A stretch of DNA of 34,696 nucleotides from Betaproteobacteria bacterium (GTDB lineage: Bacteria; Pseudomonadota; Gammaproteobacteria; Burkholderiales; SG8-39): NCBI GenBank assembly GCA_005884335.1, contig VBCJ01000004.1:480-35175 (forward strand), read 5' to 3'. Each line of letters begins with the position of its first letter. Position 1 is the stretch's first letter. A program made the translations under genes and the position numbers. Below, piece by piece: positions 1-8,556 of this stretch. The notes under the pieces were generated by a model. That model made no database searches. It was not told the DNA's origin and saw only the letters and a program-made list of their open reading frames with translations.

Positions 1-531
1 TGGGCGAAAAGCAATCCGGGCAGGCTCAACTTCGCCACAGCCGGCGTCGGGACGCTGCCGCACCTTACCTATGAATTGTTCAAGATGGAAACCGGGATCC
101 AGGCGCTCAACGTCCCCTATGCCGGCGGAGCGCCGGCGCTCACGGCAGTGATCGCGGGACAAGCCGACGTCCTTTTCGACCTGGTGCGCACCCGGGTGAA
201 GAGCGGCGAGGTGCGCGCCCTGGCCATCACCGGTACGAGCCGCGACGCGGATCTGCCCGGCATTCCGACGCTCGCCGAGAGCGGCTATCCCGCCGTGACA
301 TCGACCTCCGGGACGGGAATAGTCGCTCCCGCGGGAATCCCCAGGGAAATCGTCGCGCTGCTCAATTCGAAGCTCAACGAGCTGATCGAGCGCCCGGACA
401 CTCAAGGCAAGATGAAGGCCTTCGGCCTCGTGCCCCGGAGCGGCCCGCCGGAGGAATTCGGCGCGTGGGCGGCCCAGGAACGGGAGCGATGGACCCGCGT
501 CGTGAAGCAGTCCGGCGCCAAGGTGGACTGA
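1..531 (+). CDS. Bug/TctC-family tripartite tricarboxylate transporter substrate-binding protein (5'-truncated by window edge)
   Basis: Frame 1 is open from base 1 (WAKSNPGRLNFATAGVGTLPHLTYELFKMETG...), so the Met at 76 in the ORF track is internal. The C-terminal half is typical of Bug periplasmic binding proteins (YAGGAPALTAVIAGQADV, EEFGAWAAQERERWTRVVKQSGAKVD). Stop at 529-531. Confidence 0.85.
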   Translation, partial: WAKSNPGRLNFATAGVGTLPHLTYELFKMETGIQALNVPYAGGAPALTAVIAGQADVLFDLVRTRVKSGEVRALAITGTSRDADLPGIPTLAESGYPAVTSTSGTGIVAPAGIPREIVALLNSKLNELIERPDTQGKMKAFGLVPRSGPPEEFGAWAAQERERWTRVVKQSGAKVD

Positions 532-533
532 AC

Positions 534-1541
534 ATGGCGCGCGTCGCCGCCGCGTTCGGTTCCTCCCACAGCGTCATGCTTGCGGCCGAGCTGCAGGACT
601 GGCTGAGAGGATTTCGTCAAAGCGACCTTCGCATGAAGTACTACGATCGCGAAGGCAAGCCGCGCTCCTATGCCGACGTGCTTGCCGGCGCGCCCTCTGA
701 CATTGCGCAGCTGATCACCGACGAGGCGATCACGCGACGTTTCGACGAGGTGCAGGACGCGATGGAGCACCTCAAAGCCGGGATCGCCTCGGCGGAGCTC
801 GACGTCCTGATCATCGTCGGCGACGATCAGCACGAGCTTTTCCAGGACCTGCACATGCCGTCGATCGGCATCTATTACGGCGAGAGCATCCGCAATGCCG
901 GCCGGGCCAGCGCCAAACGCTTCAGCTGGCCGGAAGAGTGGTACAACCGCGCGCAGATGCACCGCTTCGAAGAGGAAGGAGACATCGACTATCCCTGCCA
1001 CCGGCCTCTTGCGCTCGCGCTCATCGAGGGCCTGATCGAGCGCGAGTTCGACGTTGCGGCGGTCGCGGGGCTAGCCGGCGACCAGCACGAGGGCCACGCC
1101 TATTCGTTCGTGCACCGAGGGTACCTCAAGGGCAACGGCACGCGGATGCTGCCCGTCGTTCCGATTTTCCTCAACACCTACAATCCGCCCAACCCACCGC
1201 TGCCAAAACGCTGTGTACGGCTCGGCAAATCGCTGAAGGAGCTGATCGAGAGCTATCCCGAGGACCTAAAGGTCGGCTTGCTTGCCTCCGGGGGCCTCAG
1301 CCATTTCGTCGTCGAGGAGGATCTGGACCGCGCGATCATCGAGGCATTGCGGAGGAAGGACCTGGATTTCCTCGCCGGCCTCGATCCTCGCCGGTTGAAG
1401 GCGGGGAGCTCGGAGATACGCAACTGGATCGTCGTGGCGAGCGCCGCGACCGACCTCGACTTGAGGTGGATTTCCTACACGCCCTCATATCGCACTCCGG
1501 CCGGAACGGGAATCGGGCTCGCCTTTGCAAGATGGGGTTGA
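534..1541 (+). CDS. Class III (LigB-type) extradiol ring-cleavage dioxygenase, catalytic subunit family, about 335 aa
   Basis: ATG at 534, 2 nt after the Bug stop, gives MARVAAAFGSSHSVM, the usual LigB-family N-terminus. It has the conserved His-containing stretches GDDQHE and ASGGLSHF. The ORF-track start at 465 would overlap the upstream gene and is rejected. Confidence 0.8.
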   Translation: MARVAAAFGSSHSVMLAAELQDWLRGFRQSDLRMKYYDREGKPRSYADVLAGAPSDIAQLITDEAITRRFDEVQDAMEHLKAGIASAELDVLIIVGDDQHELFQDLHMPSIGIYYGESIRNAGRASAKRFSWPEEWYNRAQMHRFEEEGDIDYPCHRPLALALIEGLIEREFDVAAVAGLAGDQHEGHAYSFVHRGYLKGNGTRMLPVVPIFLNTYNPPNPPLPKRCVRLGKSLKELIESYPEDLKVGLLASGGLSHFVVEEDLDRAIIEALRRKDLDFLAGLDPRRLKAGSSEIRNWIVVASAATDLDLRWISYTPSYRTPAGTGIGLAFARWG

Positions 1542-1557
1542 TGCGAAGCCGAGTTGA

Positions 1558-2721
1558 ATGATGCAGAGCGCCGAGCCGCCTTTCCGCGCCGACCAGGTCG
1601 GGAGCCTGCTGCGCGTGCCGGAGCTTCGCGCGGCTCACGAAAAAGCCCTGCAGGGACAGGTCGGCGCGGCGGCGCTCCACGAACTGCAGGACCGCTGCAT
1701 TCGAGACATCATCCGGTTTCAGGAACGCGTGGGGCTCCACGCGATCACCGACGGCGAGTACCGGCGCAGCTCGTTTCACGCCGATTTCATAGAGAAGCTC
1801 GCCGGAGCGAGGGCCGCCGGGCGCCTCGACCTCAAGGATGCGGAGAGCGGCCTGGACGAGAAGCGAACGCTGACCGGGAAGCGAACGCTGACCGGGAAGC
1901 GATTTGCACCGCGCGCTTTCACGATCGTCGGCAAGCTGCGCCACACGCAGCCGATCGAGGTCGAAAACTTCAGGTTCGTGAAAGCGAACACGACGCGCAC
2001 CGCCAAGCAGACGATACCGTCGCCCACCATGCTGCTGCGCGGCGGCCGCGCGGCAGTGAGCTACGAGGCGTACCCGGACCTCCAGGAGTTCTACGCCGAC
2101 ATCGCGGAGGTCTACCGGGAAGAGCTCAGGCAGCTCGGCGAAGCCGGTTGCCGTTATGTGCAACTCGACGACACGAACTTTGCTTTTCTCTGCGACCCGA
2201 AGCTCGCCGATGCTTTCCGCCGGGACGGGTACGAGCCGGATGAAATGCCCGAGCGCTTCGCAAACCTGATCAATTCGGTCATCGCAGGCCGGCCCCCCGG
2301 GATGGTGGCTTGCATCCATCTGTGCCGGGGCAATTCCGCGGGCCAATGGGCGGCCGAAGGCGGCTACGAGCCCGTAGCCGATGTCCTGCTCAACCAGGTC
2401 GACGTGGACGCGTACTTTCTCGAATACGACGATGAACGCTCGGGCGACTTCGCGCCGCTGCGTTTTTTCCCGAGGCATTCGCGCAAGAGAATCGTGCTCG
2501 GGCTGGTAAGCACCAAATTGCCGGCGCTCGAATCCAAAGACGCACTCAAACGGCGCATCGAAGCAGCGGCGAAATTCGTGCCGCTGGAGAATCTGTGCCT
2601 CAGCCCGCAGTGCGGCTTCGCGAGCACCTATCGCGGGAACCCGGTCTCGGAGGAAGTGCAGCGGCGCAAACTGGAGCGAGTGGTCGAGGTGGCGACCGAG
2701 GTGTGGGGTGGCGCGCGATGA
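1558..2721 (+). CDS. Cobalamin-independent methionine synthase (MetE C-terminal domain / YxjG-like) family protein, 387 aa
   Basis: The N-terminus PPFRADQVGSLLRVPELRAA is typical of single-domain MetE-like proteins. Zn-ligand motifs are retained (ACIHLCRGN = His-x-Cys; LSPQCGFAS = Cys). It lies 16 nt downstream of the LigB-like gene. Confidence 0.8.
   Translation: MMQSAEPPFRADQVGSLLRVPELRAAHEKALQGQVGAAALHELQDRCIRDIIRFQERVGLHAITDGEYRRSSFHADFIEKLAGARAAGRLDLKDAESGLDEKRTLTGKRTLTGKRFAPRAFTIVGKLRHTQPIEVENFRFVKANTTRTAKQTIPSPTMLLRGGRAAVSYEAYPDLQEFYADIAEVYREELRQLGEAGCRYVQLDDTNFAFLCDPKLADAFRRDGYEPDEMPERFANLINSVIAGRPPGMVACIHLCRGNSAGQWAAEGGYEPVADVLLNQVDVDAYFLEYDDERSGDFAPLRFFPRHSRKRIVLGLVSTKLPALESKDALKRRIEAAAKFVPLENLCLSPQCGFASTYRGNPVSEEVQRRKLERVVEVATEVWGGAR
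1861..1902. repeat. Perfect 18-bp tandem duplication (2.3 copies) inside the MetE-like CDS
   Basis: aagcgaacgctgaccggg occurs at 1861-1878 and again at 1879-1896, followed by aagcga. It is in frame and encodes KRTLTG-KRTLTG-KR. Confidence 0.97.
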
Positions 2722-2922
2722 GGCATTTTCGAAAGTGCATTAAGGTGCAACGAGTTATCGGTAAGGCTTCAGGAAGAACATTCACTCGACGGGAAAGCGA
2801 TCCGTCTCGCGCAGCAAGTTTCAACAAGGAAACTTCCGATTTCGTGAGCGCCGCGCTTCTTTACTGACCGCCTCGCTCGTAGTAAGTTTACGTCCCCGGG
2901 GAGATCACAAGAAGATTTTCAC

Positions 2923-3972
2923 ATGACGGTCGAACGCCCAGGCGCCGTGGTCCAGCCGCGTCGTCTTTCTTCCGGCGCGGAGGAGAGCGCACGTCTTTCG
3001 GCCCTGCGCAGCTATTGCGTGCTCGAAACCGGGCGCGAGGCCCGCTTCGACGACCTGACTTGCCTCGCGTCGACCATCTGCGAGACACCGGTATCCCTGG
3101 TAAGTCTGGTGGATACGAACCGTCTGTTCTTCAAATCGGCCCACGGTATGGACCTCCGCGAGGTGCCTTACCCGGATTTTTTCTGCGGCCATGCCATTCG
3201 CCAGCGCGACCTCTTCGTCGTCCGCGACGCAAACGAGGATCCGCGCTTTGCAAAGCACCCCCTGGTGGTCGATTCGCCGCGCGTGCGCTTCTACGCCGGA
3301 GCGCCTCTGGTCACGCCGGAGGATTACAGGCTGGGGACGCTGTGCGTGATCGATTTCGTTCCCCGGGAGCTGCAGCCGAAGCAGCTCGAGATGCTGCGCA
3401 TCCTCGGGCGGCAGGTGATGTGCCAGCTGGATCTGAATTTACAGGCGATGCGCGACCCGCTCACCGGCTTGTACAATCGCCGCCAGCTCGAGGAAGCCCT
3501 GCACCGCGAAGTCCTGCGCGCGCGTCGACTCGGAGGAACGGTCGGCGTCATGGCGATCGACGTGGATCATTTCAAGCGGGTCAACGACACGCTGGGCCAC
3601 GAAGTCGGCGACCGCGCCTTGAGGGGGATCGCGGAGGAATTGGCCTCCTGCGTGCGCGAGGAAGACATCGCCTGTCGGGCCGGCGGGGAGGAATTCGTCA
3701 TCATCCTTCCCGGGACGGGGAAAACGGCATTGCGCACGCGTGCGGAGGCCGTGCGCCGGACCATCGAGCGGGCGCAAATTCCCGCAGGGGACGGAACGCT
3801 CAAGCTGACCGTCTCGATAGGGCTTGCCAGCTTTCCCTCCTACGGCGATAGCGGGCAGGCCGTGCTGCGAGCCGCTGATGTGGCGCTCTACAAGGCCAAG
3901 GCAGCCGGGCGAAACCGGGTGACCCTGTGCACGCCGAGCAGCGCGCGTAGTTCGCCGGCCCAAGTCGCTTGA
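2923..3972 (+). CDS. GAF-domain sensor diguanylate cyclase (GGDEF domain, GGEEF active site)
   Basis: The N-terminal half resembles GAF (FCGHAIRQRDLFVVRDANEDPRFAKHPLV, FYAGAPLVTPEDYRLGTLCVID). The C-terminal half has RDPLTGLYNRRQLEE, DVDHFKRVNDTLGHEVGD and GGEEF. Confidence 0.9.
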   Translation: MTVERPGAVVQPRRLSSGAEESARLSALRSYCVLETGREARFDDLTCLASTICETPVSLVSLVDTNRLFFKSAHGMDLREVPYPDFFCGHAIRQRDLFVVRDANEDPRFAKHPLVVDSPRVRFYAGAPLVTPEDYRLGTLCVIDFVPRELQPKQLEMLRILGRQVMCQLDLNLQAMRDPLTGLYNRRQLEEALHREVLRARRLGGTVGVMAIDVDHFKRVNDTLGHEVGDRALRGIAEELASCVREEDIACRAGGEEFVIILPGTGKTALRTRAEAVRRTIERAQIPAGDGTLKLTVSIGLASFPSYGDSGQAVLRAADVALYKAKAAGRNRVTLCTPSSARSSPAQVA

Positions 3973-4002
3973 CAGTCTAGTTTCGAATCCCTGATACCGA
4001 AC

Positions 4003-4040
4003 GCCGCGGGTCATTGCCCCGCGGCTTTGGGTGCATTTTT
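4003..4040 (+). terminator. Putative intrinsic terminator after the diguanylate cyclase gene
   Basis: An 8-bp GC stem, gccgcggg (4003-4010) pairing with cccgcggc (4018-4025), has a 7-nt loop. It is followed by tttgggtgcattttt. It starts 31 nt after the stop codon. Confidence 0.5.
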
Positions 4041-4063
4041 GAGGCAGTCCGGAAGGCAGACCG

Positions 4064-6358
4064 ATGAGTGCGGGTTTCAAGGGCCGGCGCGAGGATCTGA
4101 GGCTGGTCACGGGGCAGGGCAAATATACGTCGGACTGGAATCTTCCCGGCCAGCTCTACGGCTCGTTCCTGCGCTCCGACCGGGCGCATGCGGAAATCGT
4201 CTCGGTCGACACAGCGCCCGCGCTGGCGTCCTCCGGCGTGGTCGCGGTGCTTACGGGCGCCGACACGGCCAGGGCCGGCTTCAAATCCACGCCGCAGCTC
4301 GCGCGCTACCCAGGCCGCGGCGGCGCGACCATCAAGGTCCCGCACCGCGATGGGCTCGCCAACGGACGCGTACGCTTTGTCGGCCAGGAAGTCGCGCTGG
4401 TAGTGGCGAAGACGGCACTCGCCGCACAGGATGCCGCCGAGAAAATCGAGGTCGAGTACCGCGATCTGCCCGCGGTGGTCGACGCGGAGGAGGCGCTCGC
4501 GCCGGGGGCCGAGCAGCTCTATCCGGAGATTCCCGGCAATCTCTGCTTCGATTACGAGTACGGTGATGAGGCGAAGACCGACGAAGCCTTTGCGCAGGCC
4601 GCTCACGTCACGCGCATCGTTCTGGACAGCCAGCGCATGGTCGGAAATCCGATGGAACCCAAGGCCTGTCTCGCCGCGTACGACGCGGAGGCCGGCCGGT
4701 ACGATCTGTATGTGAGCTCGCAAGGCCTTTCGCTCATGCGGGGAAGCGCGAGCGGCATCACCGGCATTCCCGCGGAGAAGATCGGGGTGCATGCGCACGA
4801 CGTGGGCGGAGGCTTCGGCATTCGCTCGGACGCGTATGCAGAGTACTGCGTGGCGATGCTGGCGGCGAAGACGCTCGGGAAACCCGTGAAGTGGACCTCG
4901 TCGCGCTCGGAAACCTTCGTGTCCGACTATCACGGGCGCGCGGCAAAGCTGACCGGCGAGCTTGCGCTCGACAAGGAAGGGCGTTTCCTCGCGATCCGCA
5001 TCAACTGGATCGTGAATACGGGTGCCTACCTTTCCACTCCGGGCCCGCTCATCAACACGCTGCCTCCCGGCCTTCACGCGATCAATCTTTATCGCATCCC
5101 GGTCATGTACGGCCGCCACCGGCTCGGCGTGACCAACACGACACCCACCACCGCTTACCGCGGCGCGGGCCGGCCCAACGTCTGCTATCTCGCCGAGCGG
5201 CTGGTCGAGGAGGCCGCCCGCGAGATGAAGATCGACCGCCTGGAGCTGCGCCGGCGCAACCTGATCCCGAAGGAGGCGTTCCCGTATCAGACGCCGCACC
5301 CTCATTCGGTATACGACAGCGGGGATCCGCACGGTCTGGTGGACGAAGCGGTGAAACAGGCCGAATGGAAAACCTTCGATGCGCGCCGCGCGCAGTCGAA
5401 GAAGCGCGGAAAGCTGCGCGGCATCGGCTGCGGGGTATTCATCGAGCCCGCGGGGGCGGGCGGGGCGCCGAAGGAAGAGGCGATGATCAAGTTCGGCGAA
5501 TCCGGCAATGCGCTCCTATTTGTCCTGGCCGGCCCGTCCGGACAGGGGCACGAGACGGTGTACCCGGAGGTCGTGGGCGAAGCGCTCGGCATGGATCCGG
5601 AAAAGATCACGCTACGGGCAAGCGACCCGGACGGGCCGCGCCTCGTCGGCGAGGGCACGATCGGCTCGCGCTCGATGATGGCGCACGGCGGAGCGCTCCT
5701 GGTGGCGGCGCGCGAGGTGGTTCGCAAAGGCACCGCGCTCGCCGCAAAGGACCTGGAAGTCGCGCCGGACGATCTGGAATTCGCGAAGGGCCGCTACCGC
5801 GTGAAAGGCACCGATGTCTCGATCGGAATGGAGGACCTCGCGAAGAAATACGGGAGCGCTCTCGACTCGGGCGGCGAGATCCCGCTGCCGCGCTCCTTTC
5901 CCAGCGGCGCACACGTGGCCGAGGTCGAGATCGACCCTGAGACGGGCGTCGTCGAAATCCTGCGCTACACCGCGGTGGACGATTGCGGTCGGATCATCAA
6001 TCACGTCTTGCTCGACGGCCAGTTGCACGGCGGCATCGCGCAGGGCATCGGGCAGGTCATGGGCGAGCATGCGATCTACGACCCGGCCTCGGGCCAACTT
6101 CTCAACGGCACGTTCATGGATTACGAAATGCCGCGTGCCGATGGCATGCCCGAGATCCGGCTCTACGACCGTTCGATCCCGTCGCCCGGCAATCCGCTCG
6201 GCGTAAAAGGCGCGGGCGAAGCGGGCACGACCGGCGCCGTACCGACCGTCGCGAACGCGGTGATCGACGCGCTGCGGCCGCTCGGTATCCATCACCTGGA
6301 TTTTCCCTATACGCCGGACCGCGTCTGGCACGCGATCCGGGCGACCAGAAGCCGCTGA
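4064..6358 (+). CDS. Xanthine dehydrogenase/aldehyde oxidase-family molybdopterin-binding large subunit (form-II CoxL-like)
   Basis: 764 aa. The N-terminus GRREDLRLVTGQGKYTSD is typical of CoxL. The active-site loop reads AYRGAGR (5153-5173), which is the form-II signature rather than the form-I AYxCSFR. GGAAGG lies 8 nt upstream of the ATG. Confidence 0.9.
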   Translation: MSAGFKGRREDLRLVTGQGKYTSDWNLPGQLYGSFLRSDRAHAEIVSVDTAPALASSGVVAVLTGADTARAGFKSTPQLARYPGRGGATIKVPHRDGLANGRVRFVGQEVALVVAKTALAAQDAAEKIEVEYRDLPAVVDAEEALAPGAEQLYPEIPGNLCFDYEYGDEAKTDEAFAQAAHVTRIVLDSQRMVGNPMEPKACLAAYDAEAGRYDLYVSSQGLSLMRGSASGITGIPAEKIGVHAHDVGGGFGIRSDAYAEYCVAMLAAKTLGKPVKWTSSRSETFVSDYHGRAAKLTGELALDKEGRFLAIRINWIVNTGAYLSTPGPLINTLPPGLHAINLYRIPVMYGRHRLGVTNTTPTTAYRGAGRPNVCYLAERLVEEAAREMKIDRLELRRRNLIPKEAFPYQTPHPHSVYDSGDPHGLVDEAVKQAEWKTFDARRAQSKKRGKLRGIGCGVFIEPAGAGGAPKEEAMIKFGESGNALLFVLAGPSGQGHETVYPEVVGEALGMDPEKITLRASDPDGPRLVGEGTIGSRSMMAHGGALLVAAREVVRKGTALAAKDLEVAPDDLEFAKGRYRVKGTDVSIGMEDLAKKYGSALDSGGEIPLPRSFPSGAHVAEVEIDPETGVVEILRYTAVDDCGRIINHVLLDGQLHGGIAQGIGQVMGEHAIYDPASGQLLNGTFMDYEMPRADGMPEIRLYDRSIPSPGNPLGVKGAGEAGTTGAVPTVANAVIDALRPLGIHHLDFPYTPDRVWHAIRATRSR

Positions 6359-6392
6359 GAAGCTCCCGCGCCTTCTCGCCAGCGCGACTCCC

Positions 6393-7172
6393 TCAGGCGT
6401 TCTCGAGCAGGATCCGGACGACGCTCTGCGGATCGGTGATCATGCAGTCATGGCCGGTCTCGAGCTCGTAGAACCTCCAGGCCGGATCGCCGCGGAGACG
6501 CTCGGCGAACTGGTCGAACGAACCGGTGGGCGGGTTGGTACAGTGAACATAAGTGCGCGGCAGGCTCGCGCCGCCGTTCCCGGTGAAATGCACCGGCTGG
6601 GCGAAGGTGCGGTACGACTGTCGCATCTCGTGGCGCGTGACCCAGGCGACGTCCTGCGGCTCGGTCACTCCGAAAATCGCCAGCGGCAGCGGATCGACGA
6701 ATCCACCTATCTGGCCTTGATTGATCAGCGCGCGGCGATCCGGATGCAGGTAGTCGAGCAGGCATTTTCCGTTTTCGGGCAGGAAAGCATCCAGATACAC
6801 GACGCGGCGCAGTCGTGAGGCCGCTCGGTCGGCGACGCCGGTGACGACCATTCCGCCATAGCTGTGCCCGACCAGAACGACCTTGGCCAGCTCCTCGGCT
6901 TCGAGGAGATTGACGACGTCGGCGATGTGCGTGGCGAGATCGATCGCCGGGTTTGCAAGATGCGCGCGCTCGCCGAGGCCGGTCAGAGTGGGGGCGTAGA
7001 CCTCGTGTCCGGCCGCCCGCAGGGCCGGCACCACCTTCTTCCAGCACCAGCCGCCGTGCCAGGCGCCATGCACCAGCACGTAAGTGGATTTGCGCCGCGG
7101 GGCGCGGGTGCGCGAGGCCCGCTTGGCGCGATGCTTCACGATTTTCGAGCGCGGCAGGTCACTAGCGCCCAC
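6393..7172 (-). CDS. Alpha/beta hydrolase, SABP2 / methylesterase (MES)-like family
   Basis: YVLVHGAWHGGWCWKKVVPALRAAGHEV and the nucleophile elbow VGHSYGG are present. The start is uncertain. The longest ORF begins at GTG 7172 and overlaps the phoA stop by 11 nt. In-frame GTGs at 7139, 7079 and 7073 are alternatives, and 7079 would give the family-typical M-LVHGAWHG N-terminus. Confidence 0.8.
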   Translation of the reverse strand: MGASDLPRSKIVKHRAKRASRTRAPRRKSTYVLVHGAWHGGWCWKKVVPALRAAGHEVYAPTLTGLGERAHLANPAIDLATHIADVVNLLEAEELAKVVLVGHSYGGMVVTGVADRAASRLRRVVYLDAFLPENGKCLLDYLHPDRRALINQGQIGGFVDPLPLAIFGVTEPQDVAWVTRHEMRQSYRTFAQPVHFTGNGGASLPRTYVHCTNPPTGSFDQFAERLRGDPAWRFYELETGHDCMITDPQSVVRILLENA

Positions 7173-8556
7173 CGATCAGGCGGTGCAGATGGCGCCCGAA
7201 ATCGGTGTTGTCTTGATAGCCCTTGAACAGGTCCGCACCCGGCCCGATCGCGCCCACCGCCACCGGCTCCGTGGTGTGTCCCGCAGTCCCCCAGTAGAAG
7301 CCCGTCTGGCGCGCCACCATGCGCCCGAGCGCATTTTGCGTGGCGTAGCTGAAGTTCCGGTCGAGCTGGCTCTGATTCATGATCGCCTCGCGCAGGTCGG
7401 CGTCGAGCTGGAAGCCGGGAAAATGCTGCGCGATCAGCTTGTCGAGGGCTTCGGGGGACGGCTTCCGGCCCAGGCCCCTGGCCGCGGCCCCGAGCGATAT
7501 CGTGATGCGCTCGAGCATTTCCACGTTTGCGATCCCGGTGTAGACGCGGGCGTCTCCGGCGGCGCCGCGACGCGCGTAGGTCGCCGACAGGCCGCCGGTT
7601 TCGTGATCGCCGGTGACGATGACGAGCGTATCGTTCGGCGCCTTGCTGCGGAAATCGAGCGCCAGCTTCAGCGCCTCGTCGAAGGCCCACAGGGCGCGCA
7701 TCACGCCGGCGGCGTCGTTGTAGTGACCGGCGGTATCGGTATTCTCGTTTTCGACGAACAACACGAAGCCGTTCGGGCTCGCGGCCGACAGCGCATCGAG
7801 CGCCGCCTTTGCCATCTCGGCCATGGACGGTTCCTTGGCTGGGTCGCGGTCGACCTCGAAGGCCATGTCCTCGTCGGCGAACAGCCCGAGCAACTTCGCT
7901 CCCTTGGCATTCTTCAATTCGCGCGTGTCGCGCACGATCCGGTAGCCCTTCTGCGCGAATGCCGCGACCATGTCCTTGCCGTCGGCGCGCTTGCCGCCCG
8001 GTACGCTCTTCGGCAGAAAGTAATCGCGCCCGCCGCCGAGGAGCACGTCGGGCTCCATGGCGAGATACTGGTCGACGATCGACTGCGACTCCCTGCGGTC
8101 TTTGGCGTGCACGGAAAACGCCGCGGGCGAAGCGTCGTAAATTTCCGCCGTGGTCACCAGGCCTATCTTCTTGCCCGCCGATTTCGCCGCCTCCATGACC
8201 GTGCGGTGCGCCTTCCCGGCCGGCGTCATCGAGACCGCGGAATTGTCGACCTTGACGCCGGTAGACATCGCCGAGGCCGCCGCGGCGGAATCGGTGACGA
8301 ACGCGTCGAGCGGATCGGTCGAGAGCAGGCCGAAGGCCCCGTCCTTGAACACCACGTCGGTGGCGGCGAACGACTGCTTGCGCAGCACGCGCGCGGAATA
8401 CCTGCCGAGTTCCCACTGAGTGGCCGCGACGCCGTCGGCGAACAGGATGATGATGTTTTTCGGCCTTGCGGCGCCTTCGGCGCCGGCCACCCTGTCGACG
8501 CCCCAGGCGAATGTCAGCAGTACGACGACGAGCAACCAGGATCGCTGCGTTCTCAT
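7162..8556 (-). CDS. phoA: PhoA-family alkaline phosphatase, secreted
   Basis: The internal ATG at 8556 gives the signal peptide MRTQRSWLLVVVLLTFAWGVDRVAGAEG. The active-site motif TDSAAAASAMSTGVK and the metal motif TGDHETGG are present. The 601-aa ORF-track version extends upstream through the preceding gene and is rejected. Confidence 0.9.
   Translation of the reverse strand: MRTQRSWLLVVVLLTFAWGVDRVAGAEGAARPKNIIILFADGVAATQWELGRYSARVLRKQSFAATDVVFKDGAFGLLSTDPLDAFVTDSAAAASAMSTGVKVDNSAVSMTPAGKAHRTVMEAAKSAGKKIGLVTTAEIYDASPAAFSVHAKDRRESQSIVDQYLAMEPDVLLGGGRDYFLPKSVPGGKRADGKDMVAAFAQKGYRIVRDTRELKNAKGAKLLGLFADEDMAFEVDRDPAKEPSMAEMAKAALDALSAASPNGFVLFVENENTDTAGHYNDAAGVMRALWAFDEALKLALDFRSKAPNDTLVIVTGDHETGGLSATYARRGAAGDARVYTGIANVEMLERITISLGAAARGLGRKPSPEALDKLIAQHFPGFQLDADLREAIMNQSQLDRNFSYATQNALGRMVARQTGFYWGTAGHTTEPVAVGAIGPGADLFKGYQDNTDFGRHLHRLIGGR

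Noticed and set aside
2722-2922. A possible c-di-GMP (GEMM) riboswitch upstream of the diguanylate cyclase gene
   Set aside because: I could not find the conserved GEMM-I/II core elements or the paired-helix architecture by eye. The region is kept only as an unexplained leader in the findings.
3982-3990. TTCGAATCC, a tRNA T-loop-like 9-mer, considered as a tRNA 3' remnant or integration att site downstream of the GGDEF gene
   Set aside because: The flanking bases do not form a T-stem or an acceptor stem. There is no CCA-proximal match, no tRNA gene and no integrase in the window. A 9-mer is expected by chance at appreciable frequency in about 70 kb of two-strand sequence.
3977-5332. A 451-aa minus-strand ORF antisense to the CoxL-like gene. 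Similar shadow ORFs occur at 1336-2478, 18227-19720, 15735-16622, 11734-12885 and 32252-33463.
   Set aside because: They have no domain signatures and biased R/A/G/P composition. Each overlaps a gene with clear homology-type motifs in another frame.
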